In this document: positions 16,928-26,454 of the stretch, piece by piece
How the letters are laid out: each line of letters starts with the position of its first letter
Numbering within the stretch: position 1 is the stretch's first letter
IMG/VR virus record: IMGVR_UViG_3300031576_000125
Coordinates: 1-42,540 of that record
DNA length: 42,540 nt
Strand: one strand, 5' to 3'
Origin: a virus
Lineage: Duplodnaviria > Caudoviricetes
Notes under the pieces: model-generated
Databases searched by the model: none
What the model saw: the letters and a program-made list of their open reading frames with translations, nothing else
What the model was told of the DNA's origin: nothing
Position numbers and translations under genes: made by a program

Positions 16928-17751
16928 AAAAGCCTTTAATTACTAGAAGAAAAAATTTGCTTTCCGTTCTATTTAGCGGACAATTCTTATTTGTACTTAT
17001 TCTACTCGGAATAATACATGTAAACTGGGATGCCTTAGTAGAAACAGTATATACTATACCTAGGATGAATGCTATTGCAAATACTGTAATGATCACTTTA
17101 GATAAAAATAGTGGGGCCTCCGGCGTAATAGTTAAGCATGGGGGGAAAAGGTTTATATTAACAAATAACCATGTTTGCAGTTTAGGTATAGGAAAATATT
17201 TAGTCGTAGAATCTAATGCTAGAATTAAAACTATAGTGTCTTTTATACAAAGATCAAAGAAACATGATTTATGTAAGATTAAACTGAGTGATAATCAATT
17301 TAGCAATTTAAACGGGGTGCAATTGTCGAGCTTCTCTATTAGCCCCAGAAAAAATGCAATTGTTGTTGGATATCCTTTGCTCCTTCCTCAAATAGTTTCC
17401 AAGGGAGAAGCACAGAATTTAGTAATTATTGGGATTAGGTCAGGATTATTTAGTCCTACCGTAGAGTATACTTCGCAGATTTTTACTAACCTTACTTACC
17501 CAGGTTCTAGTGGATCCCCAATTTTTAACTCTAGATACCAATTAACAAACTTAGTATTTGCAGGAATAGGAGGGGCATTATCCTTTACTTTTGCTGTACC
17601 CTATTCCGCCATTCGAACTTTCTTAGACGAAGAAGTTGAATTTTTGCCATGGGAAAGCCTTCGAACAATAAAGATACCCCAAAAAGAGGGAAACTCCGAA
17701 GAAGAATTTTTAAAATGGTTAGAAGATTTGCTAGGTAGATTACCTAGATGA
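16924..17751 (+). CDS. membrane-anchored trypsin-like (S1) serine protease
   Basis: N-terminal TM helix; ASG, TNNHV (His), HDLC (Asp), VGYP, PGSSGSP (Ser). Confidence 0.88.
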   Translation: MKKPLITRRKNLLSVLFSGQFLFVLILLGIIHVNWDALVETVYTIPRMNAIANTVMITLDKNSGASGVIVKHGGKRFILTNNHVCSLGIGKYLVVESNARIKTIVSFIQRSKKHDLCKIKLSDNQFSNLNGVQLSSFSISPRKNAIVVGYPLLLPQIVSKGEAQNLVIIGIRSGLFSPTVEYTSQIFTNLTYPGSSGSPIFNSRYQLTNLVFAGIGGALSFTFAVPYSAIRTFLDEEVEFLPWESLRTIKIPQKEGNSEEEFLKWLEDLLGRLPR

Positions 17752-17907
17752 GGAATCGGTAGGATTTTTTGGGTTTCGTTTGTTAATGTTATTTCGCCAT
17801 TTTCTAGCTTTATCTAGAAAGGACTTTACTGGATTTTTGATAAACAGCGAAAGAAGTCCAGAAACTAGACTGAGCAAAGAAACTATGGTTTTGATTATAG
17901 CTAACAT
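17740..17907 (-). CDS. small membrane protein (55 aa; not in the track), possible lysis accessory
   Basis: MLAIIKTIVSLLSLVSGLLSLFIKNPVK...; starts 1 nt after the upstream stop. Confidence 0.55.
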   Translation of the reverse strand: MLAIIKTIVSLLSLVSGLLSLFIKNPVKSFLDKARKWRNNINKRNPKNPTDSSSR

Positions 17908-17908
17908 A

Positions 17909-18136
17909 TTATTTTATAAATTTAACAGCTAATCCAATTATTGTAATAATAAACGCAACTATGCCTGAAATATAAGCAGCTTGGGTTCGAAGTCTATCTA
18001 CATGTTCATTTAATTTATCTATCTTAGATTCGATTCTTTTTTGAATTTCTTCTGCAACGGTTATTCTTAAATTTACAGAGGATAACCTGTCTGCGAACTC
18101 TTTCATTCGTTCGTACAAAGATTCATTAGTTATCAT
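17909..18136 (-). CDS. coiled-coil protein with C-terminal TM helix (holin/XhlA-like)
   Basis: Heptad pattern followed by AAYISGIVAFIITIIGLAV. Confidence 0.65.
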   Translation of the reverse strand: MITNESLYERMKEFADRLSSVNLRITVAEEIQKRIESKIDKLNEHVDRLRTQAAYISGIVAFIITIIGLAVKFIK

Positions 18137-18185
18137 AGCTATGCTCTATGTGCGTTAAATCTGAATGCGCACCCCTCTTACGGCT

Positions 18186-18365
18186 CTAACCTATAAAAGG
18201 CCGTAAAAAATCTCTAATCTTTTCAGCTAGAGCTTTAATTTTATCTAGTGCTTCATCATCCTTAATTCCAGGAATCATTGCTTTTACTCCTTGAAGGATT
18301 AATAATAGCCCTCCAAACATTTCTAGCAAATTCCTTTTAAGGAATTCAAATACCATTAGAAACAT
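18186..18365 (-). CDS. holin candidate (59 aa; not in the track)
   Basis: AAGGAG RBS; MFLMVFEFLKRNLLEMFGGLLLILQGVKAMIPGIKDDEALDKIKALAEKIRDFLRPFIG. Confidence 0.6.
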   Translation of the reverse strand: MFLMVFEFLKRNLLEMFGGLLLILQGVKAMIPGIKDDEALDKIKALAEKIRDFLRPFIG

Positions 18366-18390
18366 ATATTTCTCCTTGATTTAATTAAGA

Positions 18391-18426
18391 TTTACTCATA
18401 CAAACATTACTATAAATATGAGTAAA
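18391..18426. repeat. 10-bp intergenic inverted repeat
   Basis: TTTACTCATA-N16-TATGAGTAAA. Confidence 0.5.
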
Positions 18427-18441
18427 CCCATTTATTTATTC

Positions 18442-18756
18442 TTAGTTTCTATAAGCTATCCAATGAATGGTTTCAGCAGAGACGTTTAAGTCCGCATCTG
18501 TACCAATTTGAAAGCCTACACTATTGACCGTAACCCCACCTGAAGCGATGTAACTTATATCAGTTAAATTGGTGCCAGAATCAACTATTTTTTGACCCTT
18601 ACCTGCAGCCATATCATCTATCCAAACTAACTGACAGTTACCAGTTACATTGAATAACTCTACTCGGGAAGGTTTAAAGTCTAAAGTAATAGTAATAGCT
18701 GCTCCGGTCCCATCCACATTGCCAGAAGCCCCCCAACTAAAATATTTTCTTGACAT
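18442..18756 (-). CDS. probable virion structural (capsid decoration-like) protein
   Basis: AGGAGG RBS; Gly/Thr/Ala-rich beta composition; GTGAAITITLDFKPSRVE motif. Confidence 0.6.
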   Translation of the reverse strand: MSRKYFSWGASGNVDGTGAAITITLDFKPSRVELFNVTGNCQLVWIDDMAAGKGQKIVDSGTNLTDISYIASGGVTVNSVGFQIGTDADLNVSAETIHWIAYRN

Positions 18757-18846
18757 ACTTGCCTCCTAAAGGCAGCCCTTATATAGAACTCTCCCACCAA
18801 TGTTAGGACATTGGATCGCTATTGTACGTGGGCGATATAACGTATT

Positions 18847-19449
18847 TTAGAGTTCATTTTTTTGTTTATCTTTATGGTGTACTTTCATCGCTCTGCTTAA
18901 CAAAGCAGGCGACAAAACTTTATCTATAAAACCATTCTCTAATGCCTCTTCAGCATTCATATATGTGCTAAATTCACACATTTTCTTAATATCAATCAGA
19001 GTTAAGTTAGATCTAGAAGCCAGTATAGAGTACATGATATACAGATTTCGTTCTTCCTCTTTAGCAGCAACTACGGCTTCCTTGGAGTGGATAGCTTCCA
19101 TAGAGAAAGCTCCATCATGGATCATCAGTGATCCATTAGCCCCCATTAAACGCGCTTTAAATGCTTGTAGAACGATGCTAGCTGCGCTCATAGCGCACCC
19201 AAGTACTATTCCAGAGGTTTTAAAGGAGCAAGCCTTTATAAGGTCATATAAAGCGATTGCGTCATAATATGAGCCCCCTGGGCTATTTATGTATACGGTT
19301 ACAGGCTTTTTAGAATCTAATCCTTTTAAAAAACTCAATGCTTTATGGAAGTTAAGTACCAATTGCTCATTAATTTCACCTACTATGTAAATAGATCTAG
19401 TGTGAATTGATAAAAACTCTTCAAAACTGTCTTTTTGATCTTGACTCAT
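18847..19449 (-). CDS. clpP: ClpP-like (S14) protease
   Basis: YINSPGG, AMSAAS (Ser), MIHD (His), YMNAEEALENGFIDKV. Confidence 0.9.
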   Translation of the reverse strand: MSQDQKDSFEEFLSIHTRSIYIVGEINEQLVLNFHKALSFLKGLDSKKPVTVYINSPGGSYYDAIALYDLIKACSFKTSGIVLGCAMSAASIVLQAFKARLMGANGSLMIHDGAFSMEAIHSKEAVVAAKEEERNLYIMYSILASRSNLTLIDIKKMCEFSTYMNAEEALENGFIDKVLSPALLSRAMKVHHKDKQKNEL

Positions 19450-19883
19450 AAGCTGTTCCAGTATGCTCTAAAAAGGTCATATTCAAAGTTAGGACAAGTT
19501 TTTTTATCAGTAAACTCTTTATGTCCGTGTAAAGTTGCTTTAGGGTATCTTTGTTTAAGCTCTATTAACAAGCTGTATAAAGCGTTAAACTGGTATCTAG
19601 TAAAATTATGTTCCCCGGCTAAACAGATTCCTATAGAAGATTTATTATAACCCAATACATGGGCCCCTATTTCATTTTCAAGTCTACCGATCCCCCTAAC
19701 ACCGCATTTTTCAATAAAATAATGATAACCTATTTTTTTAAATCCTCTTTTTTTATGCCAGCTATCTATCATACTGGCAGTTTGGCCCTCCAAGTCTGAT
19801 GCCGAACAATGTAAAATTATTTTATCGACAAACCTATGTCTTTTGGCAAAAAGCCAATTTATGAGTCGTTTAAGTAAGTTCAT
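19446..19883 (-). CDS. endolysin, N-acetylmuramoyl-L-alanine amidase (T7-lysozyme-like)
   Basis: IILHCSA, IGYHYFI, GAHVLGYN..SIGIC, GHKE, KTCP. Confidence 0.92.
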   Translation of the reverse strand: MNLLKRLINWLFAKRHRFVDKIILHCSASDLEGQTASMIDSWHKKRGFKKIGYHYFIEKCGVRGIGRLENEIGAHVLGYNKSSIGICLAGEHNFTRYQFNALYSLLIELKQRYPKATLHGHKEFTDKKTCPNFEYDLFRAYWNSL

Positions 19884-19898
19884 GTTAAACCTCAGCTG

Positions 19899-22706
19899 TT
19901 ATTTATAACCTAAAGCTTTTTTAATTAAACTAGGTAAAACTACCTCATTCCAGTTATCCCGTTTAATCGGCTTTAACCTTAAATAGTCTTGAGCAAAATC
20001 TCCAACCTTTTGTTTACTTAGCCTAGCAGCTAATTCTCCAGGTGGAGTAAACCTTAATAGTTCTGGAATAGCTCCTGGACTGCGCATAAAACCTAATACA
20101 TCACCAGTAGCCAACTTTTTAAAATCACCGGGCCCATACATATTCAATGCTTTAACAGGATTACCTATAAAAGGAAAAGCTTGAAATCCAAAAGCTCCGG
20201 GGAAACTTTCCATAGGATGAGCCCCTGGAATATCATAACCCGTTAATAACCGTGCAAGCGTTATCATTGCCATGGGTTGAATTAATCTGTTTGCTAATTG
20301 TTTGGTCGAACCTGTTCTAACATCGCTCACTAATCGAGTCCACATAGCTCCACCCCATGTCCTAAAAGGAACATGGGCCCCTAAGCCATCTCTAAATATT
20401 TTAGGAGCATTAGCTAATGAGTAAACAAGATTTGCTCGGGTAGACCTAATAACTCCGGCCATACTAGCTGCAGCATCAATACCCTCTTTTTTCCATATAT
20501 TAAATAGTGACGCAGCTTCGGTAGGCAATAGTCCTTCCGATGCTCTTAATAAACCTTGTTGTTCCCCATGCCATTTAACAAGGTTTCGTAAATGATTTCT
20601 AGCAGCAATAAATCCTATGCCCCTGTTAGCTGTGTCAGTAGCATTAAAGAGCACTTCGCCGGGGACAGAAGGAAGACCTAAAACAGTACCAATTGTTTTT
20701 AAAGCTTTATTTTGTAGTTTAGGAACCACTGCTTCTGACCAGTTCATTTCAGGAGATCGCATCATTGGCATATGAGCCAGTGCTAACTTCTTTTCAGGCC
20801 CACCAGCTAACCATTTAAGTGTGCCATAAGCAACATTTGATTGGCCTACTTCAGGCCCTAAGATAAGAAAGTTTTGACCTGGTTGAAGGGCTAATACTAA
20901 AGGTGGATTAAGGAAAACTTTTGCTTTATACATGAAAGTTTTAAGCATAGAGCCCATTTCATCTATAAGAGATGAGGGACGGTCTGAAAATTTAGACAGC
21001 TCCTCTACCAAGTCTTCGTTAACATTCATAATACGTTTAGAAATAAGATGTTCGAGGGAGGATGACTTATCTATTCCAGTAGATACTTTTATAATATCCT
21101 CTAGTTCACCTGCTGCCCAGGATTGATTACTATTTCTAAGTTTAACAATTTCTGTAAAAGCTTTATTAACTAGCCCTGAATGCTCTAAACTTTGATATCT
21201 TGAAACTTTATGTATATATGCATTTAAGGATAAATCTAATTCTGGCACATGCTTAGAAGAATCAAATAAGCCCTCTACCCTAACTTTAGTAAATCTTGGG
21301 TCTATTATACTTTCTAATTGTTTAGCTGGAGTGACTTTAGCCCTAGCTGTGAAACTGGGAATTAATGGTACATACCCATCAATAAAGCCAGTTTTAGAAA
21401 GTAGAGCAGGATCCTCTGTAACTATTTTTGATAGCTCTGTTCTTACACCCTTTAAAGCAGCCAATGTTTCAACATCAGGAATTGGTCCAGCATAGGCTGC
21501 GCGCTGCATCTTAATTAGATTGGGATTAATTTTAGACCTAATAATTCTTGCAGAGGGGTTAAATTTTGGTTGTAAACCAGCTTTAATAGCAGTAAGCAGC
21601 TCATTAGAATCATCTATGCCATATTCTATATAGGGAAGAATCCCCGTGTCATTAAAATTACTTTTTCTTAAAACTTTATAAAAAGGTTCGAAAGTATTAT
21701 TTAATTGAACATTTTTAAATTGCCTCTTATAACCAGCTATATAAAAATCTCTAACCGTTTCACTAGCTTTAGTACCAACTCTTGTATCTATAGCATCCAT
21801 TGATTCTATAGCATTGATAGACTTGTCAATCCAATCAGGATTTTTAGGGGTTAAATCTAGTCTATCACCTATCTTAGCATTTAACTCTTCAAGATATGTT
21901 ATTTGTTGGATGGTAGGAACTTGTTTTTCTGTGATTAGCCCCTTTTTAAATAGTTCTTGTGCACGACTGACAGAATTTATATGTATCTCATCAACAATTT
22001 GTTGAGTTTTAGCTAATTCTTCAGGATTGATTTTAAACTTAGGGATTTTAGGTTTAAAAGCTAAGTCTAATCCTGCCCCAACAGAACCTAGTACTCCACC
22101 TAAAGCTGCCCCAAAGCCTCCTGAGATTAATCCGGTAGACACTACTTTCATAGGATCAAACAGTTCTCTTTCAGCAATTTGACTAACGGCAGAGGATGCT
22201 CCACCATGTAACGCACTAGCTAAACCTAATTCCGATGCCGATTTTACAACTTTTCCAGCAAAAGGTCTAATCATTAACGGAACTTCTTTAAGCATGATAG
22301 GACTTGCTTTAGCCCCAAAAGAAATACCTTTTAACGCTAATCCTGCCACTTTAAACATGGCTCCAAATACCGGAGCATCAGCAACTAAATTAGTTGTAAA
22401 TCTAACTGAATTTTCAATCCAACCCTTAGGATCTATAGCTTCTAAGTTTTTAAATATATCCGGCTTTACTATTTTTAAAACATTACCAATGACGCCTTCA
22501 GAAGCACCTTTTGCTGCAACCTTACCTAACCTAAAAAATACATTTTCGGATTGAGTTTCAGGCAAAGTATTAAAATCAAGTTTTGCATCTGGGAGAGCAT
22601 CAAAGTTAAACTTAGGAGACTGCTGTAAATTAGACACATCTGGCAGAGCATCGAAGTTAAAGCTAGTTTCAGCATCCGGAAGAGTGTCAAAATTAAACTT
22701 TGCCAT
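19899..22706 (-). CDS. large internal virion/ejection protein
   Basis: 935 aa; last of the podovirus-type internal protein block; Gly/Ala-rich hydrophobic segments. Confidence 0.65.
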   Translation of the reverse strand: MAKFNFDTLPDAETSFNFDALPDVSNLQQSPKFNFDALPDAKLDFNTLPETQSENVFFRLGKVAAKGASEGVIGNVLKIVKPDIFKNLEAIDPKGWIENSVRFTTNLVADAPVFGAMFKVAGLALKGISFGAKASPIMLKEVPLMIRPFAGKVVKSASELGLASALHGGASSAVSQIAERELFDPMKVVSTGLISGGFGAALGGVLGSVGAGLDLAFKPKIPKFKINPEELAKTQQIVDEIHINSVSRAQELFKKGLITEKQVPTIQQITYLEELNAKIGDRLDLTPKNPDWIDKSINAIESMDAIDTRVGTKASETVRDFYIAGYKRQFKNVQLNNTFEPFYKVLRKSNFNDTGILPYIEYGIDDSNELLTAIKAGLQPKFNPSARIIRSKINPNLIKMQRAAYAGPIPDVETLAALKGVRTELSKIVTEDPALLSKTGFIDGYVPLIPSFTARAKVTPAKQLESIIDPRFTKVRVEGLFDSSKHVPELDLSLNAYIHKVSRYQSLEHSGLVNKAFTEIVKLRNSNQSWAAGELEDIIKVSTGIDKSSSLEHLISKRIMNVNEDLVEELSKFSDRPSSLIDEMGSMLKTFMYKAKVFLNPPLVLALQPGQNFLILGPEVGQSNVAYGTLKWLAGGPEKKLALAHMPMMRSPEMNWSEAVVPKLQNKALKTIGTVLGLPSVPGEVLFNATDTANRGIGFIAARNHLRNLVKWHGEQQGLLRASEGLLPTEAASLFNIWKKEGIDAAASMAGVIRSTRANLVYSLANAPKIFRDGLGAHVPFRTWGGAMWTRLVSDVRTGSTKQLANRLIQPMAMITLARLLTGYDIPGAHPMESFPGAFGFQAFPFIGNPVKALNMYGPGDFKKLATGDVLGFMRSPGAIPELLRFTPPGELAARLSKQKVGDFAQDYLRLKPIKRDNWNEVVLPSLIKKALGYK
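22557..22697 (-). repeat. four FxFxxLP(D/E) peptide repeats
   Basis: FNFDTLPD, FNFDALPD, FNFDALPD, LDFNTLPE at the N-terminus. Confidence 0.8.
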
Positions 22707-22707
22707 A

Positions 22708-24153
22708 TTATTGAGCTAATTTAGCCCCGGCCGCTAAAGCAGCATTTAATTGTTCTTTAGTTACGAGTTTAAATCTACCATCAGGGATTTGAATTTTAAT
22801 TTGTTCAGCCTGCTGCACTGAAGGTTGTTGTGTAAGTTCTTGTTGTGTAGATTCGGCAGCTCGGGGGCTTAAAAATTTTTGTTTAAATTCTTCAATCTTA
22901 GTCGCTTTATTCTTTCTAAACCAAGTTTTATCAGAAGTTCCTGTAATATCTGAGATAGCTTCTGCCACAGGATTAGCAGTTTTATCATTAGCAATACCTA
23001 TGTATTTAAAAATTCTAGAACCAGCTAATTTAGCTTTAGCAGAAACTTCCTGTGGAGTAAGTTCAATAGGGGAGAATAAAACTTCTTCTAAGAAATTTTT
23101 TAATTGGGGCGCTCTTAGTTGGGCTTCTACTTCTTCGCCAATAACCCTTTTTTGAGCCTTCTCTACGATTTGGTTTAAAGGATCTTGTACTTGGTCTACC
23201 TTGGAAGGCGCCTGTGCTTGATCGATCTTTAACTGATTCCATTTTAATTGAAGCTTTTTAGATTTTAATTCTAAACCCCTAAATTCTTTTTCTATTTTAA
23301 TCTTTTCTGGATCAAACCTTTGTATTAAACTTGCAAAATCAGAAATAAGTTTCGATCTGTACGAGTCTTTTTGTAGTTTGATAAGTTCTGGATCATTATT
23401 TGAATCAGATTTAGCTACTCCGATAGCTATATCAGGAAACCCGGCCATAATGGATTTTTGCGCCGTAGCTCGGGCATGAGGATCTTGCACACTAGATACC
23501 ATTTCAAATAAAGCAGCTTCCCTAAGCTGATTGATCTTATTTTCCTCTTGTTTAGCAAATATATCACTTCGTGCTTTAACTTCCCCTAATCTAGCTTCTC
23601 TAGCCTGATCAATTTGTTTTAAAGCAATATTACTAGTATCAGTTCCTGTTAATAGCCCTAATGCGGCAGAGGCTAAACCAGTGATACCCGACATCATACG
23701 CTCACTCTTTAATGCATCCGCTATAGAAGTATCAATTGCTGGCTGAACAGAAGGTCTAAATTGTACTTGAGGGGCTGATACGGGGGCTTGGGGTTGCTGC
23801 TGTGGCTGCAATAAACTGTTTAAAGCTGCTTGTATAGATTTTATATCTATACCATTCTGTGCAGGGGCTGTTCGAAACTGTGGGGCTTTAATAGCGGAGC
23901 TTAATTGCTGCTTCATTAGCCGCGCCTCTTGGATTTGCCTTGAAGCCAATGCTTGGGCTTCCCGAGCTTTAGCTTCTTCTAGATTAGATCGCATGATGAG
24001 TTCTTGCGGGGGAGGAATAACTTCAGCTGGCGCACTACTAACAGAATCTTGGTTAGAACCTAAAAAGAGACTTTTTAAAAAATCTAAATGCCTAGCTAAG
24101 TTAGAAGGTTTGCCAGGTATATTAAATGCATCAGCCATGCTATTTTCCGCCAC
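22708..24153 (-). CDS. internal virion/ejection protein
   Basis: Gln/Ala-rich helical protein; position in the block. Confidence 0.6.
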   Translation of the reverse strand: MAENSMADAFNIPGKPSNLARHLDFLKSLFLGSNQDSVSSAPAEVIPPPQELIMRSNLEEAKAREAQALASRQIQEARLMKQQLSSAIKAPQFRTAPAQNGIDIKSIQAALNSLLQPQQQPQAPVSAPQVQFRPSVQPAIDTSIADALKSERMMSGITGLASAALGLLTGTDTSNIALKQIDQAREARLGEVKARSDIFAKQEENKINQLREAALFEMVSSVQDPHARATAQKSIMAGFPDIAIGVAKSDSNNDPELIKLQKDSYRSKLISDFASLIQRFDPEKIKIEKEFRGLELKSKKLQLKWNQLKIDQAQAPSKVDQVQDPLNQIVEKAQKRVIGEEVEAQLRAPQLKNFLEEVLFSPIELTPQEVSAKAKLAGSRIFKYIGIANDKTANPVAEAISDITGTSDKTWFRKNKATKIEEFKQKFLSPRAAESTQQELTQQPSVQQAEQIKIQIPDGRFKLVTKEQLNAALAAGAKLAQ

Positions 24154-24790
24154 CGCTTGATACCTGTTTTTGTCCAGCTAAAATAGCTCTAAGTTGATCC
24201 AGCTCTCTTCCAGCTAAAAATGGAGCAGCAGATCCTAAAGCAGCCTGACCTAGTAAAGCTTGATTAGCTAATTGTTTTAAATTTGCTTGCTGAGAAGATT
24301 GCTGTAAAAGAGCTTCATTGCCTAATGCAAATTGAGATTGTCTAGCAGCATTTTCTAATTGAAATTGCTGCAACTGTCTTCCAGCCCCCTGTTCAAGAGC
24401 AGCAGCTTCTAATGGATTTTGAGCTAACATACTTTGAGCTTGCAAATTACGAGTTAAAATACTAGCTAACCCGGGTTGAGTGCCGCCAAATTGGCTAGTA
24501 ATCTGTCTTTGTGCAGCAGACTGTCTAGCTAAAATGTCTTGTTCGCCTCTAGCTATTTGTGCTCTAGCTATAACATCAGGTTCACCAAAATTAATACTTG
24601 TTCTTAAACCAGGATCAGTTCTAAATCGAGAACCATCAAATCCACCAAAATCAGTTTTCATTTGAGGAGAGAGCTTATTTATATCTTGGATAGACTTGTC
24701 TGTTAAAACACGTAACCTATCTAATCCTGCCTGAATTTCTGGATCACGCTGAGTGGTAATTACTCTTGATCCACCGCCACCGCCACCCAT
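24140..24790 (-). CDS. internal virion/ejection protein
   Basis: MGGGGGG start, Gln/Ala-rich, SSGGGK end. Confidence 0.6.
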   Translation of the reverse strand: MGGGGGGSRVITTQRDPEIQAGLDRLRVLTDKSIQDINKLSPQMKTDFGGFDGSRFRTDPGLRTSINFGEPDVIARAQIARGEQDILARQSAAQRQITSQFGGTQPGLASILTRNLQAQSMLAQNPLEAAALEQGAGRQLQQFQLENAARQSQFALGNEALLQQSSQQANLKQLANQALLGQAALGSAAPFLAGRELDQLRAILAGQKQVSSGGGK

Positions 24791-24791
24791 A

Positions 24792-25286
24792 TTAGCCTCC
24801 TAATAGACCTCTAAGCGAACTCACTCCTGAACTGTGTGGAACACTTAATAAATGAACATTTGAAGGAAAAGCTAGTTGACCTGCTCCAGCCCCTCCTGAT
24901 AATAAAGCTTGTTGTTGCGCCTGTAGATTTATATTAGCCTGCGCGATCTGTCTATCACGCTGTTGATTTAAAGCCTGCATCAATGACGTACCTAAGATAG
25001 CGGCGGGCTCTATAAAATCTGAAACCTTTAATTTAGAAGTTTTCTTAGCTTCCGACGCTGCATCAAGGGTTTGTTTTTTAAAGATATCCATCAATGAAAC
25101 TTTAGTATTAGACGCTAAATTTAAAGGATTATCGGTGGAAAGAGGCTGAGAAGCTGCTTCTAATAATGCTACTTGTTGAGCTGCCGCGGCTTGCTTATTT
25201 GCAGCATCTTGTTGCGCAGCATTAGACAGCAGAGTCGATCCTACTGATGCTCCGGCGGCGATTAATGGTACTGCTGCTACACCCAT
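24792..25286 (-). CDS. small ejection (pilot-like) protein
   Basis: Hydrophobic Ala/Gly N-terminus followed by AANKQAAAAQQ; directly after the GNAT gene. Confidence 0.6.
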   Translation of the reverse strand: MGVAAVPLIAAGASVGSTLLSNAAQQDAANKQAAAAQQVALLEAASQPLSTDNPLNLASNTKVSLMDIFKKQTLDAASEAKKTSKLKVSDFIEPAAILGTSLMQALNQQRDRQIAQANINLQAQQQALLSGGAGAGQLAFPSNVHLLSVPHSSGVSSLRGLLGG

Positions 25287-25287
25287 A

Positions 25288-25860
25288 CTACACCTGCCCT
25301 TGCTTTATTTTATTATACTCAGCTTTTAACATAGAATAAACCACCTCGTTATGGTATTGGCCTTCCCAAAAGATATTGTCTCTGAGGGTGCCTTCATAAG
25401 TAAGTTTATTACCCGCTAATAATGCTTTGCATTCTTTTCGATGCTCCAAAAATATACAATAAGCTTTATGGTAATTTAAATGGTTAAATAGATAATCCAT
25501 AGTTTTGTCAACAGCTTCTACCGCTACAGTGCCTCTATAAGGTGAAACTTTGAAATCAATAAGCAAGCCAAATTCTATTTTTTTAGCAGTGACATCCGAA
25601 TCGCCCATGGAAACTACCCCGATAAGCCCCCCACCTTTAAAAATACCTAAGAAAACAACACCCAGTCTAAGGGCTGAAACTTTACTAGAACCCCTGTTTA
25701 TAGGATGTGGCCAACGCCTAAAGAACTCCTTATATTGGGGGTCATCCAACCATCCTAAAATAACTGAATCGAATTCCTCCCCTAAAAATTTTAATTGTAA
25801 TTCCATAGGTGTATCCATAACCTCATAATATGCGTCTAACTTATTCAATAGTAAATTCAT
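25288..25860 (-). CDS. GNAT acetyltransferase (RimJ/RimL-like)
   Basis: IEFGLLI, YLFNHLNYHKAY, YEGTLRD..FWEGQYH..V.YSML..EY. Confidence 0.85.
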   Translation of the reverse strand: MNLLLNKLDAYYEVMDTPMELQLKFLGEEFDSVILGWLDDPQYKEFFRRWPHPINRGSSKVSALRLGVVFLGIFKGGGLIGVVSMGDSDVTAKKIEFGLLIDFKVSPYRGTVAVEAVDKTMDYLFNHLNYHKAYCIFLEHRKECKALLAGNKLTYEGTLRDNIFWEGQYHNEVVYSMLKAEYNKIKQGQV

Positions 25861-26101
25861 TGAGTTCTTCTTTGTCTAACATTATTTTTATTTTTTCAAT
25901 AAGCTTTTTTTCTAAAGAAACCTCAGTAAAAAGCCACCAAGGCATTGGGATTATCCCTACTAATTTAGGACGCTCTAGTTGTAAAATTACATGGGGAGGA
26001 TATAACCTATAGATACTAGGGTTAGCTACACTTCTAAGCTTAATAAATTGACCCGACTCAAATCTATCTCGAGCTATTTGTATTAATTCTTCTATAGACA
26101 T
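25841..26101 (-). CDS. hypothetical protein
   Basis: ORF within the operon. Confidence 0.6.
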   Translation of the reverse strand: MSIEELIQIARDRFESGQFIKLRSVANPSIYRLYPPHVILQLERPKLVGIIPMPWWLFTEVSLEKKLIEKIKIMLDKEELNEFTIE

Positions 26102-26103
26102 AT

Positions 26104-26454
26104 TTAAATTCTTAAAACTTTTAATCCATCTATCTCAGAAATCATATGAGCAGGAATATTTGGGCAATTAAAACAATATTCATAAACATACGGGTAATTA
26201 ATATATTTAAACTTTAGAATTTCTGAACCTTTTATTCTCCATTTATTACAAGTAATACAATAAAACCAGTTTGCTATATCTAAATTTTGTTTATCTCTAT
26301 CAGTTAAACCCGTTAAATCTATTTTGTCTAATATAGGATCTTGAGGCTTAGGTTTTAAAAGTTCTTGCATTTTACGGAATTCCGTTTCAAAAACCGGGTT
26401 AAATCGCTTTTGAAGAAATGTTAAATCAGCTACTCTTACAACCATTAGAAACAA
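26104..26454 (-). CDS. hypothetical protein with two CxxC motifs
   Basis: CITC and CFNC; GGAGG RBS. Confidence 0.6.
   Translation of the reverse strand: MFLMVVRVADLTFLQKRFNPVFETEFRKMQELLKPKPQDPILDKIDLTGLTDRDKQNLDIANWFYCITCNKWRIKGSEILKFKYINYPYVYEYCFNCPNIPAHMISEIDGLKVLRI

Noticed and set aside
25288-25860. GNAT acetyltransferase as a novelty
   Set aside because: A GNAT-fold gene just before the ejection proteins is a common arrangement in podoviruses
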